NCBI GenBank assembly: GCA_963786935.1
Contig: CAWBAN010000001.1
Coordinates: forward strand, 288,001 to 352,000
Length of the DNA: 64,000 bases
Source: an uncultured bacterium
Lineage (GTDB): Bacteria > Krumholzibacteriota > Krumholzibacteriia > Krumholzibacteriales > Krumholzibacteriaceae
Direction: 5' to 3'
The notes beneath the pieces are model-generated. The model was not told the origin of the DNA and made no database searches. It worked only from the letters and a program-made list of their open reading frames with translations. The number at the start of each line of letters is the position of its first letter. The stretch's first letter is position 1. Positions 8,438 through 17,273 of the stretch are shown piece after piece. The position numbers and the translations under genes are program-made.

Positions 8438-9019
8438 ATGAAGACGCTCATTCTCATCATCGTGAGCGCGGTTTTCGTCAATAACTTCGTCCTGAGCCGG
8501 TTTCTCGGCATTTGCCCCTTCCTCGGCGTTTCCAAGCGGATCAAGACGGCCGCGGGGATGAGCGCCGCCGTCATCTTCGTCATGACGATGGCGTCGGCCG
8601 CGACCTGGCTCTTCTACCAGTATATTCTCGTGCGGTTCCACCTGGAGTACCTGCAGACCGTCACCTTCATTCTCGTGATCGCGGCCCTCGTGCAGGTCGT
8701 GGAAACGGTGCTCCTCAAGATGAGCCCGACGCTCTACCGGGCGCTCGGCATCTACCTGCCGCTCATCACGACGAACTGCGCCGTGCTCGGCGTCGCCGTT
8801 CTCAATATCCAGAAGGAGTACAACCTCGTCGAAACGACCGTTTTCGGCTTCGGGGCCGCCGTCGGCTTCGGCTTCGCCATGATGATCTTCTCGGGGATCA
8901 GGGAGCGCATGGAGCTGTGCGACATACCGGTTCCGCTCAGGGGCACCGCGATCGGGCTCGTGACGGCCGGGCTGCTCTCGCTCGCGTTCATGGGCTTCAC
9001 CGGTCTCGTGAAACAGTGA
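8438..9019 (+). CDS. rnfA: Rnf complex subunit A
   Basis: VNNFVLSRFLGICPFLGVS, LGIYLPLITTNCAVLG, SLAFMGF. Confidence 0.95.
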   Translation: MKTLILIIVSAVFVNNFVLSRFLGICPFLGVSKRIKTAAGMSAAVIFVMTMASAATWLFYQYILVRFHLEYLQTVTFILVIAALVQVVETVLLKMSPTLYRALGIYLPLITTNCAVLGVAVLNIQKEYNLVETTVFGFGAAVGFGFAMMIFSGIRERMELCDIPVPLRGTAIGLVTAGLLSLAFMGFTGLVKQ

Positions 9020-9035
9020 TAAGGAGATGCCTTCT

Positions 9036-9887
9036 ATGCAGACCGCCGTTCTGACAGCAGTCATCGCGCTGTCCGCCCTCGCCCTCTTCTCGAGCTTTCT
9101 TCTCGCGATGGTGGCGCGCGCCTTCGCCGTCCCGTCGAATCCGAAGGTCGAGGAGATCGAAGGGGCGCTGCCGGGAGCGAATTGCGGGGGTTGCGGGCTT
9201 CCGGGCTGCGCGGAGCTCGCCCGGCGCATCGCGGGCGGACACGCGAGCGTCGATGCCTGCCCGGTCGGCGGGGACGCCGTCGCGGCGAAAATCGCGGCGA
9301 TCATGGGCACATCCTTCGCGGGAGGCGGCAGCCGCAAGGTGGCGCTCGTGCTCTGCGCGGGGGACGATCAGGTCGCCCGGAAGCGTTTCCACTACAACGG
9401 GATCAAGGACTGCACCTCGGCCGCGATCCTCTTCGGCGGCGACAAGGCGTGCTCGTACGGCTGTCTCGGCCTCGGAACGTGCGCGGGCGTCTGCCCCTTC
9501 GACGCGCTCCACATGCTCCCGAACGGTCTGCCCGCGGTCGATCCGGTCAAATGCACCGCGTGCGGAAAATGCGTGGCGGCGTGTCCCAAGAGCATCATCA
9601 AGCTCGTCCCCGTCGACAAACGCCTCCATATTCTCTGTTCGTCCCACGACAAAGGGGCGAAGGTCCGCAAGATCTGCGCGGTCGGCTGCATCGCATGCAC
9701 GAAATGCGTCAAGGAGGCCCCGGCGGGAGCGATCGCGATGCAGGACGGCCTGGCGGTCGTCAATTACGATTTCGATATTCCCGATACGGTCGCCGCGACC
9801 TGCCCGATGAACACGATTCAAATCATGGCGCTGGACGGTTCGGGCGAAGAAGTCGAAGCGAAGGCGGCGGCGGGAGGTGAGGCCTGA
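9036..9887 (+). CDS. rnfB: Rnf complex subunit B (Fe-S)
   Basis: LPGANCGGCGLPGC...CPVGG plus several CxxCxxCxxxCP clusters; AAGGAG RBS (alternative ATG at 9027). Confidence 0.93.
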   Translation: MQTAVLTAVIALSALALFSSFLLAMVARAFAVPSNPKVEEIEGALPGANCGGCGLPGCAELARRIAGGHASVDACPVGGDAVAAKIAAIMGTSFAGGGSRKVALVLCAGDDQVARKRFHYNGIKDCTSAAILFGGDKACSYGCLGLGTCAGVCPFDALHMLPNGLPAVDPVKCTACGKCVAACPKSIIKLVPVDKRLHILCSSHDKGAKVRKICAVGCIACTKCVKEAPAGAIAMQDGLAVVNYDFDIPDTVAATCPMNTIQIMALDGSGEEVEAKAAAGGEA

Positions 9888-11209
9888 TGGCGGCGAGGAG
9901 GTTCTTCGGGGGAATTCATCCGGCGTATGACAAGGATCTGGCGAATCGGCTCGCCATCGAGGCGATGCCGCTGCCCGGGCGTCTCATCGTGCCGTTCGCT
10001 CAGAACCTCGGCGCGGCGCCGAAACCGGTCGTCAAGAAGGGGGACACGGTCAAGAAGGGCCAGGTGATCGCGGAGCCGCAGGGATTCGTTTCGGTGCCCC
10101 TCCACGCACCGACGTCCGGCACGGTGCAGGCGATCGACGTGTTCCCGCACCCGGTCGGCGCCGATATGCCGGCCGCGGTCATCGTGCCCGACGGCACGGA
10201 TGAATGGGCGAGCGGGCTCGACGTCGAGCGCGGCGCCGAGGGCTTGGACGCCGAAGCGATGAAATCGATCATTCGCGACGCCGGCCTCGTCGGCATGGGA
10301 GGGGCTTCCTTCCCGACGCACGTGAAGCTGTCCCCTCCGAAGGACAAGCCGATCGACGTGCTCATCATCAACGGCGCCGAATGCGAGCCGTATCTCACGA
10401 GCGACCATCGCCTCATGATCGAGAAAGCGCCGCAGATTCTCGAAGGGGCTTCCTACCTCGCGCGGGCGCTCGGCGTGAAGAACGTGATCGTCGGGATCGA
10501 GAAGAACAAGCCCGACGCGATCGACGCGATGCGGAAGGAAGCCGGCGCGCGGGGCTACGCGGTCGCCGGCCTCGACGTCGTGTATCCGCAGGGCGCCGAA
10601 CGTCAGCTCATCTACGTCCTCGCCGGACGCGTCGTACCGGCGGGAGGGCTTCCGATGGACGTCGGCGTGCTGGTCCAGAACGTCGCGACGGCGTATGCCG
10701 TGCGGGACGCGGTCCGCCGCGGCCGGCCCCTCGTCGAGCGCGTCGTGTGCGTGACGGGTCGCGGCGTGAATGAGCCCAAGAACGTGCTCGCGCGCATCGG
10801 AACGACCTTCGGCGATATCATCGAGTTCTGCGGCGGACGGAAGCAGGACGCGGGGAAGGTGATCGGCGGCGGTCCCATGATGGGGGTCGCGCAGTACTCG
10901 CTCGACGCGCCCGTCACGAAGGGAACGAGCGGGATCGTCGTCCTGAAGCAGGGAGAGGTGGCGCAGTTCGTCGGAGAGGCGTGCATCCGGTGCGGACGAT
11001 GCGTGCGCGCGTGCCCGATGCGCCTCAATCCGTCGATTCTCAGCATATTCGCCGAGCGGCTCCGCTTCGAGGACGCGCGCGAGCACCACGTGCTCGATTG
11101 CATCGAGTGCGGCTGCTGCGCGTATCTCTGCCCCTCGCGCCGCCCGATGGTGCATCATTTCCGCCGCGCGAAGGCGGAGGTCCGGAAAAGCGCCGCCAAA
11201 GCGGTCTGA
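9887..11209 (+). CDS. rnfC: Rnf complex subunit C
   Basis: FFGGIHP, GMGGASFPTHVKL, INGAECEPYLTSD, GGPMMG, CIRCGRC, CIECGCC. Confidence 0.95.
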   Translation: MAARRFFGGIHPAYDKDLANRLAIEAMPLPGRLIVPFAQNLGAAPKPVVKKGDTVKKGQVIAEPQGFVSVPLHAPTSGTVQAIDVFPHPVGADMPAAVIVPDGTDEWASGLDVERGAEGLDAEAMKSIIRDAGLVGMGGASFPTHVKLSPPKDKPIDVLIINGAECEPYLTSDHRLMIEKAPQILEGASYLARALGVKNVIVGIEKNKPDAIDAMRKEAGARGYAVAGLDVVYPQGAERQLIYVLAGRVVPAGGLPMDVGVLVQNVATAYAVRDAVRRGRPLVERVVCVTGRGVNEPKNVLARIGTTFGDIIEFCGGRKQDAGKVIGGGPMMGVAQYSLDAPVTKGTSGIVVLKQGEVAQFVGEACIRCGRCVRACPMRLNPSILSIFAERLRFEDAREHHVLDCIECGCCAYLCPSRRPMVHHFRRAKAEVRKSAAKAV

Positions 11210-11222
11210 GCGGGAGGTCTTT

Positions 11223-12269
11223 TTGGAGAAGATCAAGGAGAAGGAGATCAAGGAGCAGCTCGACGAGGCGGGGCCGCGTTTCCTCGTGAGCTCGTCTCCC
11301 CACATTCACGACGGGAAGCGCGTCGTCGACATCATGCGTCTCGTGATCATCGCGCTCATGCCGGCGACCCTCTTTTCCGTATACCTGTTTGGCCTCGCCG
11401 CCCTCTTCACGATCGTCATCTCGATCGGCTCGGCCGTTCTCTTCGAGGCGGCCTGGCAGCGGATCGTGAAGAAGCCGGTCACGGTCAACAACCTGAGCGC
11501 GGCGCTCACGGGGCTTCTCCTCGCCCTCAACCTGCCGGCGACGAGCCCGTGGTGGATGATCCTCATCGGGAATTTCTTCGCCGTCGTCATCACGAAGCAG
11601 TTCTACGGCGGGCTCGGCTACAACATATTCAATCCGGCGCTCGTCGGCCGCGTCGTGCTCCTCATCGCCTTTCCCGTGCACATGACGGCGAAATGGGTGA
11701 CCGCCACCGCGTGGGGCGCCGGCGCCGTGACGACCGCCACGCCGCTCGGCAGGGCGCGCGAGGCGCTCCTCTCGACGGGGCGTCTCGACGTCCATCTCAC
11801 GAGGCAGGAGGTGTACGACCTGCTCCTCGGATTCCGGGCGGGATCTCTCGGCGAGGTTTCCGTCGTGCTCCTCGTCCTCGGGGGCGTTTTCCTCGTCGCC
11901 AAGAAGGTCATCAGCTGGCACATCCCCGTCTCGTTCATCGCGAGCGTGTGGGTGATGACGGGGATCTTCCACCACGTCAATCCCGCGCGTTTCGCCGACC
12001 CGAGCTTCCACGTGATCACGGGGGGGCTCTTCCTCGGCGCCATCTTCATGGCGACCGATTACGTGACGAGCCCCATCTCGCCGGGAGGCAAGCTCATCTT
12101 CGGAGTCGGCTGCGGCGTCGTCACCGTCGTGATCAGGCTCTTCGGCGCCTATCCGGAAGGCGTCAGTTTCGCCATATTGCTCATGAACGCGTTCACGCCG
12201 CTCATCGACCGGTACGTGAAGCCGTCCGTGTTCGGTGCGCGGAAGGAGAAATCGAAGGCCGCCGCATAG
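11223..12269 (+). CDS. rnfD: Rnf complex subunit D
   Basis: SSSPHI, GGLGYNIFNPALVGR, TTATPL FMN-attachment motif, MATDYVTSP, YPEGVSFAIL. Confidence 0.95.
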   Translation: MEKIKEKEIKEQLDEAGPRFLVSSSPHIHDGKRVVDIMRLVIIALMPATLFSVYLFGLAALFTIVISIGSAVLFEAAWQRIVKKPVTVNNLSAALTGLLLALNLPATSPWWMILIGNFFAVVITKQFYGGLGYNIFNPALVGRVVLLIAFPVHMTAKWVTATAWGAGAVTTATPLGRAREALLSTGRLDVHLTRQEVYDLLLGFRAGSLGEVSVVLLVLGGVFLVAKKVISWHIPVSFIASVWVMTGIFHHVNPARFADPSFHVITGGLFLGAIFMATDYVTSPISPGGKLIFGVGCGVVTVVIRLFGAYPEGVSFAILLMNAFTPLIDRYVKPSVFGARKEKSKAAA

Positions 12270-12322
12270 CGCCGCGCCCGCCCCGTTGTCCGCGAGGGGG
12301 CGCCGCAGGAGGGATCCGCACC

Positions 12323-12964
12323 ATGAAAGAGACATTGAGGCTCTGCTTCGTTCTCACCTTGATCGGCGCCGTATGCGCGGCGGTCATGGCGGCCGTCGAT
12401 CAACAGACGAAGGCGCCGATCCAAAAGTCGAAGACGGCCGAGAAGATGGACGCCGTAAAGGTCGTCATGCCGCCGACCGACAACGATCTCGAGAAAGACC
12501 AGGTGAAGATAAAGGACGATGATATGCAGATGGAGATGACGTTCTACCCGGGCAAGAAGAACGGGATCGTCATCGGCGCGGCGTTTCTCGCCGTCGCTCC
12601 GGGCGGTTACGCGGGCCCGATCGAGGTCCTCGTCGGGGTCGACACGGCGGGCGTCGTCACGGGAGTCGAAATCGTCAAGCACGCCGAGACGCCCGGCCTC
12701 GGGAGCAAGATCACGACGCCGCTTTTCAAGGGGCAGTTCGTCGGCAAGAGCGTCAAGGAACCGGCGAACTGGAGCGTCATGAAGGACGGGGGGCCGTTCA
12801 AGCAGATCACGGGGGCGACCATCTCGTCGCGCGCCGTGACGAGCGCCATCGCGGGCGGCCTCGAGTTTCTCGAAGCCCACAAGGCCGAGGTGTTCGGCGC
12901 GCCGAAAGCGGTCGCACCCGGGAAAGCGGCCGATAAGAAGGCCGACCCCACGGGAGGCAAGTAA
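12323..12964 (+). CDS. rnfG: Rnf complex subunit G
   Basis: GGAGG RBS; N-terminal TM helix; GYAGPIEVLVG, HAETPGLG, ITGATISS FMN-attachment motif. Confidence 0.93.
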   Translation: MKETLRLCFVLTLIGAVCAAVMAAVDQQTKAPIQKSKTAEKMDAVKVVMPPTDNDLEKDQVKIKDDDMQMEMTFYPGKKNGIVIGAAFLAVAPGGYAGPIEVLVGVDTAGVVTGVEIVKHAETPGLGSKITTPLFKGQFVGKSVKEPANWSVMKDGGPFKQITGATISSRAVTSAIAGGLEFLEAHKAEVFGAPKAVAPGKAADKKADPTGGK

Positions 12965-13665
12965 TGGGGGCGATGAAGGAGTTCACCAAGGGGCTCTGGG
13001 CCGAGAATCCGATATTCCGGATCGTGCTCGGCATGTGCCCGACGCTCGCGATCACGACCGAAGCCTTCAACGGAATCGGCATGGGGCTCGCCGCCACCTT
13101 CGTTCTCGTCGGCTCGAACGTGATGATCTCGGCGCTCCGCAACTTCATTCCCAAGAAGATCCGCATCCCCGGCTACATCGTCATCATTGCGACCTTCGTC
13201 ACGGTCGTCGATCTCGTCATGAACGCCTACCTTCACCCTATCTACCTGAAGCTCGGCATCTTCATCCCGCTCATCGTCGTGAACTGCATCATCATGGGAA
13301 GGGCCGAGGCGTACGCCCAGAAGAACGGCGTGATCTACTCGCTGCTCGACGGGCTCGGGATGGGGCTCGGGTTCACGATCTCGATCGTCGTGATCAGCAT
13401 GATCCGGGAGCTCATCGGGAACGGCACGATGTTCGGCGTGCGGATCATGGGGCAGGCGTACGTTCCGTTTCTCCTCATCATTCTCGCGCCCGGCGCGTTC
13501 ATGCTGCTCGGCTCCATGCTCGGGGCGATGAATCGCCTCGAGATCTACATGGCGAAGAAGGCGGGGCGCACGCCCACCTTCCGCAAGGAGCACGACTGCG
13601 CGAGCTGCGAGGTCTTCCGCGGCTGGTTCGGCCACGGCGAAAAGGGTCCCGAGGCGGCCGAGTAG
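12964..13665 (+). CDS. rnfE: Rnf complex subunit E
   Basis: ENPIFRIVLGMCPTLA, LGIFIPLIVVNCIIMGRAE, PGAF. Confidence 0.95.
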   Translation: MGAMKEFTKGLWAENPIFRIVLGMCPTLAITTEAFNGIGMGLAATFVLVGSNVMISALRNFIPKKIRIPGYIVIIATFVTVVDLVMNAYLHPIYLKLGIFIPLIVVNCIIMGRAEAYAQKNGVIYSLLDGLGMGLGFTISIVVISMIRELIGNGTMFGVRIMGQAYVPFLLIILAPGAFMLLGSMLGAMNRLEIYMAKKAGRTPTFRKEHDCASCEVFRGWFGHGEKGPEAAE

Positions 13666-13698
13666 CGGCCGGAGATCGCGCGCGGCCGGCGCCGTCCG

Positions 13699-13794
13699 CT
13701 AGAAACGGACGAAATGTCCGAGACAGAGCACGAACGCTAAGCCCACGACGTGCAGGATCCACCATCCGATTCGGCCTCTCATAAAGTGCTTCAC
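13699..13794 (-). CDS. 31-aa hydrophobic microprotein MKHFMRGRIGWWILHVVGLAFVLCLGHFVRF (not in ORF track)
   Basis: GTG at 13794, TAG at 13701-13699, GGAGG RBS 7 nt upstream; similar to the C-terminal helix of the upstream gene. Confidence 0.7.
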   Translation of the reverse strand: MKHFMRGRIGWWILHVVGLAFVLCLGHFVRF

Positions 13795-13798
13795 GGCG

Positions 13799-14281
13799 CT
13801 ACCTCCACAGAAAATGCCCGAGGGTGAAGACCACGCTCAGGTAGATGAAGTGCTTCGTCCACCAGAACGGGGTGAAAAGCCTTCCCATGCCGTTCGGATG
13901 GTAGTGGAGCAGAACGATCTGTCCGAGAAACAGCTTCGGGAAAAGGAGGAGGATGCTCGAGAGCATCGTTCCGAACAGGACGCCCTGGATGTTCACCGGG
14001 GACGGGGGATTGGCGAAGCTCAGCGAGGCCATCGTGATCGCGCCGATCACGACGCTCATCCCGCTGAGCAGGTATCCGACGACGAACGTCCGGCGGTAGT
14101 TGAGGAGCATCGGCGTCGCGACGATGCCGAGAATCCCCGCGATGTACGGCACGAGGAACGCCGGATTCGAGGGATCGGCCGGATCGAACGACACCGGATG
14201 GGCCCTCATATGGAGAAGCCATCCGCCGAGCGACAGAAGGAAGATCGCGCAGATGGGGAGCCGAAGCTCTTTCCTGATCAT
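13799..14281 (-). CDS. Multi-pass membrane protein with His-bearing helices
   Basis: About 5 hydrophobic segments; GGWLLHMRAHP and WWTKH...LGHF; AAAGGCGG upstream of the ATG. Confidence 0.75.
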   Translation of the reverse strand: MIRKELRLPICAIFLLSLGGWLLHMRAHPVSFDPADPSNPAFLVPYIAGILGIVATPMLLNYRRTFVVGYLLSGMSVVIGAITMASLSFANPPSPVNIQGVLFGTMLSSILLLFPKLFLGQIVLLHYHPNGMGRLFTPFWWTKHFIYLSVVFTLGHFLWR

Positions 14282-14320
14282 ATCGCACCGCCTTTCCCGG
14301 GCGCGCATTCGCCCGTCTTG

Positions 14321-14845
14321 TTACTTCCGCGCGCTGTCCGCGGCCGCGGGAACCGTCTTCGGACCGCCCGGGGGCAGGGAGATGAACCGTATCCAGCTTT
14401 CGATCTGCTCGATCTCCTTTGCCGAGAACGGGGCCGCGTCGATCGGCATCCGGGTGCCCTTGATTCCCTTGCCTCCGCGCAGCTTCATCAGGAGGTAGCT
14501 TTTCTCGGGGCCGCGCGCGTCGACGAGCTTGAGGGTGTTGACCTGCCGGCTCGGCACGTCCTTCACCGCCGCGACGAGCGTTCCGGGCTCGAGGTTGAGC
14601 CCCGCCTTCGGATTCTTCGCGCTGTGGCAACCGGCGCACCGCTTCTTGATGAGCGATACCGCGCCGGCGTTGGCCGCTTTCATGGCGGAATCCGAGGGAA
14701 GGGCCTTCAGGGCCGAGTCGGCGGGTGCTTCGGTCTTCTTCGGAGCCGTTTCCTGCGCCATGATCGAGAAGCGCAGCCCGAGCGATCCGAGAGCCGCGCA
14801 GAGCAGGATCCCGAGCACCGCGGGCCGTGGGTGTTTCTGGGCCAT
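14321..14845 (-). CDS. Exported monoheme c-type cytochrome (planctomycete cytochrome c-like)
   Basis: AGGAGG RBS; signal peptide; CAGCH heme motif; GLNL...PEKSYL...RMP...IESWI. Confidence 0.8.
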   Translation of the reverse strand: MAQKHPRPAVLGILLCAALGSLGLRFSIMAQETAPKKTEAPADSALKALPSDSAMKAANAGAVSLIKKRCAGCHSAKNPKAGLNLEPGTLVAAVKDVPSRQVNTLKLVDARGPEKSYLLMKLRGGKGIKGTRMPIDAAPFSAKEIEQIESWIRFISLPPGGPKTVPAAADSARK

Positions 14846-14873
14846 GGGAGTCGCCTCCTTTCGGTTCGGATGA

Positions 14874-15941
14874 TCATTGAGTCGCGCGAGCGTTCTTCAG
14901 GACGAGCCGCCGGCCGATGTCTCCCGCCGCGCGGTACGCGATCCCGTCCTCACCCGGGAGGGCGAAGAGCGCGGCGACGCCCGCGAGCCGTCCGACGATC
15001 GGCTGTGCTTCGTCCGGTCCGAGGACGAAGAGTCCCGTCGAGAGCGCGTCCGAGGCGAGCCCCGTCGGTGCGACGACCGTGACGCTCAGGACGCGGGAAA
15101 CGGGGCGGCCCGTTCTCGGATCGATGATGTGGCCGAAGCGCTCGCCTGCGATCTCGACGAAATTCTCGTAGTTGCCCGACGTCGCCACCGCCTCGTCCCG
15201 GAGAACGAGCGTTCCGACCATGTCGAGGCCGCCGTTCGGATCGCGGACCCCGATCGTCCAGCCGTCGCGCCCCGGCGGCGAACCCATCGCGTAGATGTTG
15301 CCGCCGATGTTGACGAGCGCGTTCCGGATGCCGAGCTCCGCGAGCGCCGCGACGCAGCGGTCGACGGCGTATCCCTTCGCGATGCCGGCGAGATCGATCT
15401 GCATGCCGGCGGAGAGGGCCACGGTGGATGCCGCGGAGTCGAGCGCCACCGCGCCGTATCCGACATGCGAGCGCGCGAGCGCGATCTCGTCGTCCGACGG
15501 AAGCCTCGGCTGGCCTCCCTGGAAGCCCCAGAGCCGGACGAGGGGACGGACCGTCACGTCGAAGGCGCCCCCGGTCGCCCGCGAATAGAAGAGGGAGCTG
15601 TCGATGAGCGCGTAGAGCTCGCGCGAAACGGCGACGGGATCACCGCCGGCCGCTCCGTTGAGGCGGGATATCTCGCTCGACGGACGCCACGTGCTCATGA
15701 CGCTTTCGATGCGGTACATCTCGCGGAACGCCGCCTGCGCGGCGCGCTCCGCGTCGGCGTCGTTCAGGCCGGCGATCGTCACCCACGCCTTCGTTCCCAT
15801 GACGAACGTTTCTTTCGTGTACGGCTCGCGGGGAGCGCACGCCGCGGCGACGAGCGCGATCGCCGCGAGCGCGGAAACGAGGAGGAAGGCGAACGTGCCG
15901 TTCCTCCCGGGCGGGCGTGGCGCGGGCACGGGGCCGGTCAT
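14874..15941 (-). CDS. apbE: FAD:protein FMN transferase ApbE (lipoprotein)
   Basis: Lipobox AAAC; FVMGT, GAFDVTV, DLAGIAKGYAVD, ATSGNYE, HIIDPRTG, SDALST. Confidence 0.93.
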   Translation of the reverse strand: MTGPVPAPRPPGRNGTFAFLLVSALAAIALVAAACAPREPYTKETFVMGTKAWVTIAGLNDADAERAAQAAFREMYRIESVMSTWRPSSEISRLNGAAGGDPVAVSRELYALIDSSLFYSRATGGAFDVTVRPLVRLWGFQGGQPRLPSDDEIALARSHVGYGAVALDSAASTVALSAGMQIDLAGIAKGYAVDRCVAALAELGIRNALVNIGGNIYAMGSPPGRDGWTIGVRDPNGGLDMVGTLVLRDEAVATSGNYENFVEIAGERFGHIIDPRTGRPVSRVLSVTVVAPTGLASDALSTGLFVLGPDEAQPIVGRLAGVAALFALPGEDGIAYRAAGDIGRRLVLKNARATQ

Positions 15942-17212
15942 CGGATATCGGGCTTTCCGAGAAGCGTGAACATCCTTCTCTTGTATTCCTCGACCCCGGG
16001 CTGGTCGAATGGATTGACGCCGAGCAGACGCGCGGAGATCGCGACGGCGAGCTCGAAGAACATGAACAGCTCCCCGATCGTCCCGGGAGCGATCGAATCC
16101 GCCTCGATCGCGAGAACGGGTATTCCCCCCGCGGCGTGCGCCTCGCGCGTGCCGGCGAACGCCGTGCGGTTCACCTCGCTCAGGCGGCGTCCCGCGAGGT
16201 AGTTCAAGCCGTCGTCGTCCTCGGCTTCGGCCGGTATCCGGATATCCGCGCGCGGCTCCGCGGCCGAGAGAAAGGTCTCGAGGATGCCCCGCGGCCCATC
16301 CTGCAGATATTGGCCGAGCGAATGGAGGTCGGTGCTCATGACGGCGGAGGCGGGGAAGAGGCCCGCGCCGCTCTTGCCCTCCGATTCGCCGGAGAGCTGC
16401 TTCCACCAGTCGCACAGCGAGGCGAGCTCGGGATGAAACGTCGACAGGACCTCGATCGCGGTTCCCCCGCGGTGCAAGAGATGTCTGAGCGAGGCGTAGC
16501 GGACGGCGTCGTTGCCCGCGTCGTCGCGCGTGTACCGGGCTCGGGCCGCCGCGGCGCCCTCGAGCATCTCGCCGACCGGGATGCCGGCGACGGCGCACGG
16601 AAAGAGGCCGACCGGCGAGAGCACGCTGAACCGCCCGCCGACGCCCGCGGGAATCGCGAAGTCGGCGTACGATTCCTTCGCGGCGATCTTCCGGAGCGCC
16701 CCCGATTCGCGATCGGTTACCGCGACGATCCTCGCGCGCGCGCCCTCCTCGCCGAAGCGGGCGAGGAGCATGCCCCGCAGGATCCGGAACGCGATCGCTG
16801 GCTCGAGCGTCGTCCCCGATTTCGAGATGACGCAGACGGCGAACCGTTTGCCCTCGAGCCCGGCGAAGAGGCGCTCGTGATATTCGGGGGAGAGGTTGAC
16901 GCCGGCGAAGAGGACGGGGAACGGCGATTCCCGCGGAAGCGCCTCGATCGCGGCGCGGGCGCCGAGATACGAGCCGCCGATGCCGACGACGACGAGGCAG
17001 TCGTTCTCGTCCTGGATCCGCTTCGCCCGGTCGACGAGCCGTTCGATATCGCTTCGCGGCGCGAGCGGGAGGTCGAGCCATCCGAGCATGTCGGCGCCGG
17101 CGCCTTCCCGCCGCACGAGCGAACGCAGCTCGGCGAGCCCGGCGGGAACCGCGGCGGCCAGCGCGTCTTCCGCGGCGAACCGCCGCGTCAGCGTGAAATC
17201 GACCGTGAGCAT
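15938..17212 (-). CDS. pgi: Glucose-6-phosphate isomerase
   Basis: GIGGSYLGA, ISKSGTTLE, VGGRFSVLS, QLSGESEGK, TDLHSLGQ, NPFDQPGVEEYK. Confidence 0.95.
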   Translation of the reverse strand: MLTVDFTLTRRFAAEDALAAAVPAGLAELRSLVRREGAGADMLGWLDLPLAPRSDIERLVDRAKRIQDENDCLVVVGIGGSYLGARAAIEALPRESPFPVLFAGVNLSPEYHERLFAGLEGKRFAVCVISKSGTTLEPAIAFRILRGMLLARFGEEGARARIVAVTDRESGALRKIAAKESYADFAIPAGVGGRFSVLSPVGLFPCAVAGIPVGEMLEGAAAARARYTRDDAGNDAVRYASLRHLLHRGGTAIEVLSTFHPELASLCDWWKQLSGESEGKSGAGLFPASAVMSTDLHSLGQYLQDGPRGILETFLSAAEPRADIRIPAEAEDDDGLNYLAGRRLSEVNRTAFAGTREAHAAGGIPVLAIEADSIAPGTIGELFMFFELAVAISARLLGVNPFDQPGVEEYKRRMFTLLGKPDIR

Positions 17213-17273
17213 AGTGCCTTTCGTCGGGCGGCGGCCGCGCGCAGCCGGCCGAGCGCGGGATGTCCGGCGCCCG

